64,000 nucleotides of DNA, from assembly GCF_006345805.1 (NCBI RefSeq), contig NC_043000.1, positions 70,742,001 through 70,806,000 of the forward strand, in the 5' to 3' direction. The notes under the pieces are model-generated. The model was not told the DNA's origin. It was given only the letters and a program-made list of their open reading frames with translations, and ran no database searches. The translations under genes were made by a program, and so were the position numbers. This document shows, piece after piece, positions 41,046 to 53,837 of this stretch. The stretch comes from Octopus sinensis (taxonomy: Eukaryota). How positions within the stretch are numbered: the stretch's first letter is position 1; each line of letters begins with the position of its first letter.

Positions 41046-41500
41046 CTATAAATAAGAGAAAAAGTTTCCTGAATATGTTGGTGCATGAGACCACTTAGAT
41101 ATAACATGAAAACAAAAACAAAAAAACTATCGAAATCCTTATTTTATACCAGTTTTGCCTTATAAAAACAAATTTCATACTACCCCTACAGTTTCTTACA
41201 GATTATCTTCATCTTAATATTTAGGTGAGGATGGTACTTAGCTTTCAAGTTTTTTGAGACTTAGACACTGAAGCTTGAATTATATGAATAAAATGGCATA
41301 CCATTCGTAAACCATCATTTAAAAAATATCTTGTTAGATGCTGCCTTATTTAATGGAATAAAGAATTTTGTAATAATGTGAAGAAACATATGTAATTATA
41401 CAAAAATTTTGATTAATTTTATAGATTTCAAATTTGTCTACGGTGAGATTTGAAACCATAACATAAATAAATAAAAGTAAAATTAAAAAGTAAGACTTAC

Positions 41501-41647
41501 AGCATCAATTTCATTTAAAGTTTTCCAATGCTCTGTAGGACTATCAATATACTGAGCAGTTTGCTTTGTCCTTTTCATTTCACTTGTCCATACCTTAAGA
41601 TCTTGGATATTTTCGTTTTTCACAAACTCAGATAATGATCTAGCATA
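41501..41647 (-). CDS. PFKFB: PFKFB exon (bisphosphatase domain), phase 0 to 0
   Basis: ttcag|TAT...GAT GCT|gtaagt; 147 nt; YARSLSEFVKNENIQDLKVWTSEMKRTKQTAQYIDSPTEHWKTLNEIDA. Confidence 0.95.
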
Positions 41648-42232
41648 CTGAAAGTAAATAAATCAACAGGTTTAGTAAATGAGAAACATTTTTAAAAGCC
41701 ACAGAAACTAACAGTATAATGCTAAATATTTTTCTTAGCAGAGAAGGTCTAATAAAACCAAAATATAATATCAGATGTTATCAGACTTAACAAAGATCAG
41801 ACTCACTCCAAATTTGCATGTTCTCCATTCAATCTTTAATCAATTTAAGTTTCAGTTGCCTTCTTTGCCTTCATAGGAATTAAAAACAGAAAATTCTTTA
41901 TTGCTAATGACTTGTCATTATGTTTTATTTCAGTTGGTTAAAAATCCTTTTCAGCTCACTAAGTTAGTTTGCACATAATTTATTATACGGGATCAAATCT
42001 CAGGACTGAAATAATCCATATTAAAAATGTGTCTAAAATTACTTTTACAGTCATCTCACCACATAACTTTTGAAGTAACTAAGAAATAAAGTTGTAGAAG
42101 TTGAAATAACTCAAGGCTATTATACTACGTAATACTGCAAGTCATATTTAATCATAATTTAAAATCAACACAACAAATTCAGTCTTGTTAATATAGCTTT
42201 ATTCAAATAGCTTTGAAAGCAATTCTTCAAAC

Positions 42233-42304
42233 CTGCCATCCACGATCAGAGAGATCGCTATCACCACCAATCTTCCCTTCCAGGTTCATCAAACTTTCTC
42301 CATG
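42233..42304 (-). CDS. PFKFB: PFKFB exon (bisphosphatase phospho-His), phase 0 to 0
   Basis: ttcag|CAT GGA...TGG CAG|gtttga; 72 nt; HGESLMNLEGKIGGDSDLSDRGWQ. Confidence 0.95.
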
Positions 42305-42375
42305 CTGAAAAACGAAATAAAAATAATTTCCATTTTATTTTAATACAATTTTTCTACAACAGGATTAATTAAGTA

Positions 42376-44757
42376 AAGATTGTTTGCCAACATAACATGG
42401 CAGTCCTGGGTTAGGACGAATGTTGCTGTAATTTAGTCCCAGGAGACATCATATCCAGCTGGATATACGACATGATCTGTATCCTTATATTTTTTAACAA
42501 GGGAATCTAGCACTCCCACTAAGCTCAAAACAATATCTAAACATTCATCCTAAACCAGGACTGCCATGTTATGTTGGCAAACAATCTTTACTACAAAGTA
42601 CTGTTGCTAAATATCTCCCATTGTGAGATTTAAAAATAGTAATTTTCTAATTTATAGATCAATGACAAGTTGTCACTTTGAAAACTATATATTTTGAATG
42701 GGAATTTGGCAGCATCACCTCTAGCCAAACAACATTTTTTGTTGTTTTCTTTTGAAGAACTCTAGCTGAATTTTTTGTGTGAGGCTACCATTGTTGGGTG
42801 GTAGTGAATAATTGAGAAAAATGAGAAATTATGCAGAAGCTACTGGAGGTCGAGTTCCCCTACACCCACATGCGCTGAAACAGGAGATGCTACAGTGGAA
42901 TGGAGAGCTGGTAAAGAAATATAGTAGTATGACAGAGAAGGAAGGGTGAAATATAAAAATGACCTTAACAGAGGAGGAAAAAGTGAAAATGGAAAAAAAG
43001 ACGGTCATATTCAGAACATTTTCGAATAAAAATAGAAGAACTGAACATGTGCCGCAGGAAGAAATAGAAGAAATTTGGGAAGAACATATAAAAGACAGCA
43101 TAGTGTTCTTTATGAGAGGAAAGAGATATGCATCTATAGTGGTAACCTTTATATCAGAAGAGGAGGTGGAAAAAACCTCCAACAGGCTGATACAGGGAGA
43201 AAAATGGATTTTGATACCAAACTGTTTGGATAAAAGAATTGTCAGAATTAGGGTGGGAAGAATCCTACTGTGGATAGATCCAGAGCGGATAATATTCGGA
43301 GATAAGGAAGGAAAGTGAAGATGTGAAGAAGAGCATGATAAGCCGAACCCAACAAGTGAAGCGCTGGGGCTACAGATTAGAGATAATTTGTGCAGTGAGC
43401 CCAAAATATTACAATGAAATACCTGAAACTTTAGAGCTACCAAATGAAGAAACGCTGGAGATAATGTTGGAGGGGAGACCCCCAAAGTGTTACGAATGTG
43501 GTGAAAGAGGGCACTTATGAAAGAAATTCCCTAGAGCAGCAGTGGAAATTGTAGAGAAGAGTATTCAGGAAAATATAAACAGCATTTTATGGAGGTGAAA
43601 GCAAGAAAAAGAGTGAGGAGGGATAGTGGAACTGAAGAAGCAATGGAAGAGGTAATCCAACCCACGACAAGAAACAGGGAAGATTTACCTGTAGGATCAC
43701 CAGTAAAGGACTTGCAAGTACATAAACATTCAGACCCACAGACACACAAATGCAAAGACATGAAAAAGCACTGAAGTATAGACAAACAGAAACAAGATAA
43801 CTCAGAATTACGGAAACCTAAAAGCATAGACACACAGACGAATAGGCAAATGAACACACAGATACACAAACACATGGGTACACAGACACAATCAAAGGAA
43901 AGCCAAGAATTACAGAAATACAGATACAAAAAACACAAGACACACAGAAGCAAGGTTTTTAATGAAATAGGACACCCAAAAGTTAAAAGAATTTCAAAAT
44001 CGAAAGACATTATGAAAGAGTGAATCCACTGGGGCTGGAGGTGGATGTTGAACCTCGCGCCTTGGTGGTGAATTATGTGGATGACAAGAAGATGAAATGG
44101 TAAGTCGTGATTTATTTTAAAGACTATGAAAGACTGAGAAAAACATTTGGTTAAACTTTTTGTTTTAAAAAAAGGAAAATAAGAAAATCCTGTAACTATT
44201 GAATGAACATTTGTTTAAAATGTTTTAAAATTGTAAGGTGAAAACGAAAAGGGAAGTCGTGCTTTCGCCTCGGAGCAGCGCTGGAAATTGTTATTTGAAA
44301 TGTGAAGTTTTAAAGGAAAAAGAATTCACAGTTTCATCTTGGAGTGGGAGCAAGATAGCCATCTTATTTTCATTGTAATTTAATTCATTTTATACTCATC
44401 CTTTCATGTGTTTTTTGTTCCCACATGTCTGTATATGTCCCCTCTGTGTTTAGGCCTTGTGCCTGTAATAAAGAATAAACCTCTAGCCGAACAAATATTC
44501 TGTGCTGATGAAGAGAAATAACCTGGAAAATACACATATTGTTTTGAGCTGAATGGGGGTGCTAGATTCCCTTGTTTAAAAATATAAGGACACAAATTGT
44601 GTCGTAATGTCAGCAGGAGATGATGTCTCCTAGGACTAAACTACAGCAACATTTGTCCTAACCCAGGACTGCAATGTTATGTTGGCAAACAAATCTTTAC
44701 TACAAAGTACTGATGCTGAATATCTCTCATTGTGAGATTTAAAAATAGTAATTTTCT
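42376..44757. mobile_element. Composite intronic insertion: tandem/inverted repeat unit with a nested L1/Tx1-like element
   Basis: Flanked by an identical 15-mer, aggattaattaagta (42361-42375 and 44758-44772). 42540-42648 is repeated directly at about 44649-44757, and 42373-42537 is repeated inverted at about 44537-44700. Confidence 0.6.
42733..44478 (+). mobile_element. ORF1-only (half-L1-like) L1/Tx1-type retroelement
   Basis: 16-bp flanking duplication acctctagcc(a/g)aacaa (42717-42732 and 44479-44494). A frameshifted ORF at 42960-43520 ends in EGRPPKCYECGERGH (zinc knuckle). AATAAA lies at the 3' end, and I saw no EN or RT motifs. Confidence 0.65.
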
Positions 44758-44866
44758 AGGATTAATTAAGTATAATATTCTGATATGAAATAATACATTG
44801 GAATCATTGACCAAAATATTTGCATATCATTTTAGCATTTAGGACAAGAAGATTATATTTACAAAC

Positions 44867-44940
44867 CCTAGTGAGGTAAATTGTTCTTGGAAGGACATGA
44901 ATATTCATGAGGTAGTATACAACACGGCTTTGGAGATGTC
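44867..44940 (-). CDS. PFKFB: PFKFB exon (kinase/bisphosphatase junction), phase 1 to 0
   Basis: ttcag|GA CAT...ACT AGG|gtttgt; 74 nt; (G)HLQSRVVYYLMNIHVLPRTIYLTR, ending on the R of the catalytic RHG motif. Confidence 0.95.
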
Positions 44941-45894
44941 CTGAAAATATGAACAAAGCAATTCATGTTAATTAGAAATACTAAAATAATTAAAATAAGT
45001 ATGTATTGTGGTTTAGTTGGCAAATTAAAAAAAATGAATTTATACAAGACTCAGAATTGAGATGACCTATTCTAAACTATCTATAATTCTATGATACAAA
45101 ACTTCCAGTTCTAAAATTTCACATATAAATACTGGCTTTCATAATTCTCTATAAAAATATTTGGTAAACTTATGTTCTAAGCACCAGTTTAATACTAATA
45201 AACATTTATTTTAGTAACTTATTTCTCCAAATCCTTGATTGTTTTTAAATTAAAAAATATAGGGTGTATATTACCCCAATTTGGAAATAAAAGGGTTAAA
45301 TAACATTCTTTTTTATTCTCTTCCTTGTTTAAGTCATTAAATTTTAGTACTTATAATGTTCTTAATTGAGAGGATATATATATATATATATATGTTTAAA
45401 TGACTAAAAATATCTATATTAATGGCCTGAGTTCCCCCCACTCATTTTGTTATAAATTTGAAAATCTTTTGTAAACTTAATGCTGATTTCTACCAAAAAA
45501 ATGTTCATTTTCTAGACTCTTGAGTGAAAGATGGAAACAAGTTTGGTGGGAATTGAATTCAAGAACATCTCACTGAGATGGATTTTATATTAAAAAGATT
45601 AAATGAAAAAACAATAATAAGAGAAATAGTTGATTGATTGACTTCCAACTTAATGATTTATGTTGCAAAAACTATATCTATGAAACCTTACATGTTAGAA
45701 TTAAAAAACACAAGTCTAAGCGGCTGTTGTTGAAAATATATTAGGCCGAAATATTCCCCAGAGAACTGCTCTCATTTTTGTGATGATGCATCTCTTTTGA
45801 CCACTGGCATTCTTTATAATACTCAGAAGACATTTTTTTTTGACACCTTTCAAGTGCTAGTCCACTAATATTGTCGGTGTTACTTTTATAATTA

Positions 45895-47149
45895 TTAGGT
45901 TGTCTGGTAAGTTCTGTGTTTTTAAGCTAAATCTTTTAAAGCTTCATTGAACACACCTGAAACATAGCACAGTTAAAACTTTGGTGTTGCTTAAAGTGGT
46001 AGTGCATCTCCTCTTTGCTTCTGACTAAAAATCGATTTATCTTTCATTCCAGTTACCCCTTATTGACATTTGAAATGGATAACCAAAAATTTCATATTCA
46101 CATTATATTGCTTTTTTTTTTTTAAAAAAAGAGAAAATGCTGCAAAGATTTGCAAAAACATTTGTGAAGTTTATGGTGATAATGCTGTAGGTGGTTTGCA
46201 AAATTTAAAGTTGGAGAGTTTAGCTTGGAGGATGACAGTTTCAGTGGAAAACATCAAAATTGGATGAAGATGTTTTGAAGGCAAAAATCAAAGGAAACTC
46301 AAATATCTCGATTAGAGAACTTGCAGAGAAGTTGGAAGTTTCTAAAAGTACAGCTCATGACACCTAGTGAATCTAAGATACGTTTCTTGCTATAATGTAT
46401 GTGTCCCTCACAAACTCTCATAACTGGTATTCCGTTTGTGATATTCTTTTGAAACGGAATGAAAGCATGCCTTTTTTAAACAACCTGTGCCTAGAAATGA
46501 AAAATGGATTGTGTACGAAAATGTAGTGCAAAAAAGATCCTGGAGCTTGCATAAGGATTCCCCAAAACAGCAACCAAAGACAAATATCCATGCCAAAAAA
46601 AGTTATGCTTTGTGTTTGGTGGGATCATAAAGGCATTATTTATCATGAACTTCTCCCACAAAACCAGACCATTAATTCTGACGTGTACTGTCATCAGCTG
46701 GCCAATATGAACCAGATAAAAAAACAAAATCAAAGAATTAAGGCCTGAGATTGCCAACAGGAAAGGGGTAATGTTCCAACAAGACAATGCCTGACCACGT
46801 GTCTTTGGTTACCCAAACAAATACATGAACTTGGCTGGGATCTCTTACCCCATCCACCATATTCTCCTGATGTTGCGCCATCTAACTACCACTTGTTTTT
46901 GTCTCTACAGAACTCATTGCAAGGAAAAACTTAACAATTTACATGGAGTCAAAATGCATCTAGGTAACTCTTTTTTTTTCAAAATCAGTCAAATTTTATG
47001 CTGATGGAATATTTAAATTGCCTAATAGATGGGTAAAGGTCATTACTAATAATGGAAATTATTTCTTTGAATAAAATTTATTGAAAGGTCAATTATTTAT
47101 ATCCTTTTTTGTATATTAATAAATGCTCAGAACTTTTTGGACAACCTAA
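45895..47149 (+). mobile_element. Near full-length decayed mariner transposon
   Basis: TA|ttaggttgtc...gacaacctaa|TA. Transposase remnants WIVYEN, WWDHKGIIYHELLP, QQDNA and HPPYSPDVAPSNYHLF. Confidence 0.9.
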
Positions 47150-47230
47150 TACAATAGCACTTCTCTCTCTCCTCTCAATCCCACATAAACATTGCAAAAC
47201 TCTTTCTATTGCACACATTACTGATAAATA

Positions 47231-48403
47231 TTAAGTTGGAAAGAAAGTCCTGTCATATTTAGTAAAATAAGCATTGATTTTTTGCTAATGTATTTTCCTT
47301 TCTTTGAAGATTACTTTATACCATAGTGGTTAAATTCATATCAATTTTTATCCTTTTAAAATAAATTTAGGTCAGACTCATCAAACAATGCATGCTATGT
47401 GAATTCAAAATGATGTCTTCAGCAATGAAAGCAGCTATAAATATTTGTTCTGTCTATAGAAATGAAGTTTACATATTTGAACATGCTAGTAAAGGTTTGG
47501 TCAGTTTTGCTTAGGAAGTTCTTCCCTTGCAGATTTTTCTTGATCTGGATGATCAAGTTCTGTCAATAATGAGCTTTTGAAGACTGTATTTGAAGAAAAT
47601 CCAAAGCAAACTGCACCAGAATTAGCAAAGTAGTTCAATACAAGTCACATGTTGATCATAAAACACCATGAACTAGGAAAAGTGTCTACACTTGGTCAGT
47701 GAGTTCCTCATCATCTGATTACTTCTCAGCTTAATCAAAGAGTTGCTCTCTACTTGTCACTAAAGAGATGACTTGCAACTGAACCTTTCCTGGGTAGAAT
47801 CGTCACAAAGCATATTCTCTATAATCATATCCAATGAAAACAATAATAGTCAGCACCTGATTAAAAAAAAGAATTCATCCCCAAACTAGGACTACAACTG
47901 GAAAAAGTTATGCTCTGTTTTTGATTGGACAAAGGGTGTTGCCTATCATGAAGTGTTAAAAATGAAAACAAAACATTGTAGAGAAGTATTGACAATAGGA
48001 GACACTGCAAAATAATTTTCAGAAAAAGTGCCCAGTATTGGTCAATAGTAAAGGGTGTTGCTCATACATGATAGTGCAAGACCATATATTGCCCAAGTCA
48101 CTCAGGAAAAGGTTATGGTACAAAAAATGGAAGTGTTGCCACATCCTTTTTACTCTCCTGACCTTGCTCAATCTGACTATTATCTTTTCAAATCAGTTTG
48201 AGAGATTAAAAATGAGACTGAATGATTCTTTGTTTCAAAACCTGAAGAACTTTATGTCCAGAGGTTCGACAATTTGCCAAATAGCATGGACAATGTTATC
48301 AATAATGAAGAGAAAAATATCTTGATCAAATATATCAACTAAGATCAAAGAAACATTTTTTTTCTTCCTCTTGAAATGTAACAAGAGTTTCTTTCCAACC
48401 TAA
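47231..48403 (+). mobile_element. Second, older mariner transposon next to the first
   Basis: TA|ttaagttggaaagaaag ... tttctttccaacctaa|TA; decayed WVPH, HPFYSPDLAQSDYY-like remnants. Confidence 0.75.
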
Positions 48404-49149
48404 TACTAATTTCAATTTCTTGAAGTTCCATATAGATTCTCCTCAATCTTTTTTATTCTCACTAACCTTTCCAATTAAGATTTCAATGGCAATGCTCTCC
48501 ATATGGACATCAGTAAAACAAAATACAAATTTGAAATAACTCCAAATTAATTAGGCCTCTGCTGATATTAAGAGACTAGGAGTGGTGAATGGCAAGTAAA
48601 GAATAGCAGAAATGGCAAAGTGATACTAAAATGTCTTGCAAGATCTAGCTACATCCCCTTACAATGAAATCCTGCATTGATTTACTTGGTTTTTAGTTTC
48701 TAAGGTCAATGAAACTAGTACTAGTACTGTACTGACAATCAATAAATACTCCACCTAAAGTTTGTGGATTGCCAATATTAGAAATTGCCATTATTCAATC
48801 AACTAGTGCATAAACAGCACATATGCTGAATCTACTAAGGTGAAGTTCTAACAACTGATGTTAATTTTGGATGCATCCTTATTATTATTTGTAGTTGCAA
48901 AAACAAGGATTTTAAGATACTGTATAAACACACTACACTGGTAACAAGTCTGGCAATCAGCCAAAGAGTTTCAACAACAAACTAACATTTACACATGCAA
49001 TCCTTTCATATCATAGCCCAACATTACTATCAGTTTCAGCAGTTTATATGAACTACTTCCCAAGTTTAGAAGTTTTCAAATTCTGCAGCATGTTAATTTT
49101 CCATAGATATTTATTAACATCACTCACTAAAAATTTATTTTTACATGTC

Positions 49150-50220
49150 TCAGCCCAAAGGCTGTGGCCATACTGGGGCACTGCCAGTCTCATCTTTTCA
49201 ATAGCCATTCTCATGTGGTTGGGCTTTTAGTGAAGGAACGAGTTTGTTATTGTCCTCTTTTGAGTTTCTTGCCATGACATAGGTTCATCTGGGATCTTGG
49301 AGGGCAGAAAGTCAAGTTGCTTCTTGAAAATATTTGCCCCAACTCCATGTAGATTTCTCAGGTTTTTTTTGGTAAGGCCAACTCTAAGATCTTCCATTAG
49401 TATATCACTGCATATCTCTCCAGGAAGTAGAGTTGTTAACCTTTCAGTCTCTCCCAGTAGCCCAACTTCCTGATGTAGCACCACTGAACTGCTTCATGTT
49501 CAGCAATTAATTTGACACCATGGGGTGGCCATAACTGAGAGCAGTCGTCTAGACCTGAGAGGTTAAAGAGACAGGCCTATAATGTTTAGCACCTGCTCTG
49601 CTTCTTTTTTTATGGATAGGACATATTATGCCTTCCTTTAACTTTCAGGGAAAGTCTGCTACTTGCAAGGAAGCTTTGAAAGAGGATCTGCAGTGGTTTT
49701 GCTAGAGCCCTTTGCGTTTCTTTAGAAGGACTGATGGGAAACTATCAGGGCCTGTGGCTGAGTTTAAGCTCATTTCATCAATGAGCTGATATTACATCAG
49801 TTTCTTCTATTTTGATGTAATCAGAACTGTGATGTCAAAGAACTCATCAGACATAGTTATTTGCAAGTGCCCCAATGGTAACGAGAAGTGCTTCCATACT
49901 GCACATCCAGTATTTCACTTATCTTTGAACCATTTTTCTAATAGTAGCCCTGTCTTGTACCGTTTTTTTTAATAGTGGCCCTGTCTTGTACCATGCTGAA
50001 GCTGACAACTTTTACAAATCTATAGAAGGCTTTAGGCTTTGTCTTTACATTTTTTACTGCCCTGGCTTGTTTTTCTGCCCTTTCCTTTTCATGGGAGTGT
50101 TTGAGTTCACTTTCAATTTCAAACAGAGTTTGAGATAGTATTCTTCACCATCCTTTAGTGGCTCATTCAGATGATTTGGGATCTTTGCTCATTGTCTCAT
50201 TAGAATTTTCCTACCCCTGA
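49150..50220 (-). mobile_element. CR1-like LINE, internally deleted, with 3' tail
   Basis: GPDSFPSVLLK...IHKK...HYRPVSLTS joined directly to C-terminal PSKIPDEP sequence. The tail on the minus strand reads ggcagtgccccagtatggccacagcc. Confidence 0.7.
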
Positions 50221-50265
50221 GAACTATGATCACAATTTATTTTCATTTAACCAATATACATAATA

Positions 50266-51388
50266 TTGGGTCATCCCATTAATAATGTGGTTTTTTTTAT
50301 ACTAAATTTATTTTTCAAAATTAAAATAAACAAAGTTCTTTTTTAATCTAAAATATACTCTCCATCATTTTCTACAATGATCTTCCATCTATCTGGTGAC
50401 TTACAAGGCCAATCTTCCAAAATTCACTTGTCCTTGATGAAAAATACTCCTCCAGTACTGTTCAGACCTCGACTACAGAATTCATATTTTTTCCGTCTAA
50501 ATGGTTTTGAAGACTGTGGAATAAATGATAATCAGATGTGGCAATGTCCAGCAAATATGGTGGGTGGGGCATTGTTTCCCATTCAAACTGCTACAGGCTT
50601 TGGAATGTCATCCTTGCTGTATGTCGCCAAGCATTATCTTGATTCACCTTTTGTCTTGAAACCGAAGGTAATTTTTCTTCTAGCACTAACTTAAGCCGCT
50701 CCAGCTGCTCGTAGTAGATCTCCTTTGTCATCATTTGGTTTGGGTTTAAAAGTTCAAAGTGGACAGAACCTTTCATATCCCATCAAACAGATAACAACAC
50801 CTTACGTGGGTGAAGACCTTCTTTAGCCTGGGGTGCCGGTCTTTCTCCTTTTTATACCCACTCTTTGGCACTTGACATTTTTATAGAGAATCCATTTCTC
50901 TTCACCAGTTACTATCCGGTCCAAAAAAGGTTAATTCATGAGATGTGACAGCAGAGAAGAGCGCACATACACTCTCTGCATGCGATTAGACTTGGAAAGT
51001 TTGTGAGGAACCCATTGACCCATTTTGCTGACTTTTCTGATGGTACATAAGTGTTGATGAATGGTTGAATGATCAAATCCAAGCTTCTCTGTTAATTCCT
51101 CAACAGTTACAATAAGATTTTGTTTCACCAGGGTTTGCAGGACATCCTTGTCAAGTTCTACAGATCTTTCAGGATGAGGCTAGTCTCCTAGGCTGTAGTT
51201 TCCAGCTCGGAATTTCTGGAACCACTGTTGGTACTGGCTTACACTTATTGTTCAATCCTCATATACTGCATTAATATTCCTCACACAACCTGCTTTTATA
51301 GCAAGTTGATGCAGGTAGTTTATCCCTTCCCTTTCCAACTTTTAGTCCATACAACTGAAAAAGCTGCATCATTTATGGGGTGACCCAA
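50266..51388 (-). mobile_element. Decayed mariner, same family as 3161-4416
   Basis: TA|ttgggtcatcccattaataatg ... catttatggggtgacccaa|TA; co-linear with 3161-4416 but missing part of the transposase 5' region. Confidence 0.9.
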
Positions 51389-52051
51389 TACTTTATTTTA
51401 CTTTTACTTTCTAATTTAAAGCACGTAAAAGGAACTCCTCTGACACATGCAATAAATGTACATTTGTTTTCCTTAGAAACATTTTGTATCATAACTTTAG
51501 TGCCAAACTAGACATCAAAACTGTCAAAAGTTTTTAAAAAGAATAAATGAAAACATTTTTTATCCCTCTGCAATAAAATTTCAAAAAATATTTATAACAT
51601 GCTGAACTCTCTGAATTAAACTATAGCAATATTGTTTCCTTGAATGATTAATTTAGATTAATATTTAAGTAAATTTTTTCAAGAGTAAATACTTTTGCCA
51701 AATGACAAATCTAAAGTCAAAAACTTCCTTAGTAAAGGTAAGTACCAAATGTTTTTACTCAGAAATATATTTATTGCCAAAGGAAGTAAAAAAAAAATAG
51801 TTACAGTAACAAATACAGAGATAACCAGATGGTGATTCAGACAAAATAAGCTAATAAATTGCTAAATCTTATACTTGCTATAAGAAATGATAATTTTTTT
51901 AAAAAACAAAACGAAATAAACTATTTACATATTCACAGAGTTTTTGATGAAGCTAAAATGACACTAGATCAATGGCATCATGATTATAACATTAGAAAAT
52001 ATTTTACAAACTTAAAACAGTTTTAAAATTATGAAGTAAACAAAATTTTAC

Positions 52052-52235
52052 CTGCTAATTTATTTACTAAAAACCGCTCCCCTTGATTAAATATCTGGAT
52101 AAAAGACATGTTGCGATCATGAACATAGTCTAATTTTTCATACGTCTGATCATAGTGCTTGATCCGTTGCAAAAAGTCACCTACTGCTTCATTTTTATCC
52201 ATTCCTATGTAGTCAGGGCTGCAAATCTTGACTTC
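52052..52235 (-). CDS. PFKFB: PFKFB exon (end of the 2-kinase domain), phase 0 to 1
   Basis: tttag|GAA...GCA G|gtaaaa; 184 nt; EVKICSPDYIGMDKNEAVGDFLQRIKHYDQTYEKLDYVHDRNMSFIQIFNQGERFLVNKLA, matching the PFKFB EVKxxSPDY...DFLxRI...SFIxIxNxGxRFLVN pattern. Confidence 0.95.
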
Positions 52236-53837
52236 CTAAACAAACATAAAAGCATAGAAATAACTGTTAAATAATTAACATTAGAATTTCATTTTCAACA
52301 TTGTAATCAAAATTGCTAACTTTATTCTCAACAGTGAAATACTCAAGTCAACTTATACTAAAGAAAACCTAGAATATTTCGCTGTAAAAATGACATATTC
52401 AAAAGTTTACTTTTCTCATTGAGTTCCATTGCATTTGAACAAGGTAAGGATTTCGTTCATATAAGAAACTTTTCATCAGTTCCCAGTTTATTCAGTAACT
52501 CACCATGAGTTTTACCCACCCACTTTATTTACTCTGTTTTCAGGTAAGTGGGCAAAAACATTTGTTATATTTGAATAGCATCAATTTGAAATAATATAAT
52601 TCTATGTAGAGAAAATGTATATAATTATGAATTCAGAAGTTCTGAGTTTGCATCTATTGTAAGCATTTTGTTTTGATTATGGGTAGAACAAACACTATAG
52701 TGCTTCATTTCATGAACTGTGGGAAATAGTTATAATTTTCTGAGAATGTTACCTAGTGAAGATTAGTGTCTTAATTAGAGGGATATCTGCCATCTATTTA
52801 TCACTAAAACTGGAGTTGAACAAAAGCTCTCTTGATCCTTGTCAGTCATTAAAAAGTGAACTTCATCTCATCTCAGTTCTCTTTGTTACATAGCAATTAT
52901 GCTACATCATCAGCTTAGTATTTTCAAATGGAAAGATTTGTTTTTAAATAAGCAAAATACAAATACATTCTATATAATTTTTATATTTTTTTATCAGGAG
53001 GAAGAAGCTGTGGCTACGGCTTTACAGGCCTTAAAGACAGTAAGTTCTACATGGCTGCAGGAAAAACATTGAGAGAGAGAATTTCAGAAGATAAACATAC
53101 TTGATATTAAATTTTAATAATATATTTATATGGTGATAATAACTTAGTAACATGAAGCAAGACATGAGTGTGTTTGCATGTGTTCTGCAGCCATCTAGGA
53201 ATTACATTTTACATAACAGCCAGTTTATTTAGAACTGTTTTAACTGAGCTCATAAGAAATTTTGTTTTTTTAAGTGAAGAAAATGTAAACCAAAAGGGTT
53301 TTAGAAAATAAAGAAAAAAAGCAAAAAAAAACCACACAAAAAAGAAAAAAAACACAAAAAAGCAAAAAAAAAAAAAACGAAGCAAAAAGAAAGCAAAACA
53401 AAAAAAATTCCTTTGGCAAAAGAATGGTAGTTTTGATGATGTTGATAATATATACACACACACACTCAACAAAAGTATCTTATTGCAGTCAGAATGTTGT
53501 TGATAGATGCAAGTAGAAAATAGCAAAGGTTTGGAGACTTTGTTTATATTAGTAACCCATTTCAAGGTTATACATGTTTCAAGGAAAAATCTAACAGTCT
53601 GTTGTCTATTATTTGTTTCATATGCAGATCTCTGTCATGGTCAGATCAAGTGAAGTCAAATCAAGATCAGTGGCTGTCAATTAATTAGACAAAAGAGTTG
53701 CAAAACAAAATTATTAAAAATACCCATTACTTAGAGAAATTTTTTATTGGATATACCACTGCACACATGCATGCATGCATACACACACAAACACGTGCAC
53801 ACATATACAATAGATATCATATATGTATATATCTATA

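Noticed and set aside
42373-42591. Simple MITE with ~50-bp TIRs
   Set aside because: The same sequence recurs at about 44537-44757 with only one such arm and a shared downstream flank, which a tandem unit with a 5' inversion explains better.
42829-43485. 218-aa minus-strand ORF
   Set aside because: Antisense shadow of the purine-rich plus-strand ORF1-like sequence; no domain features.
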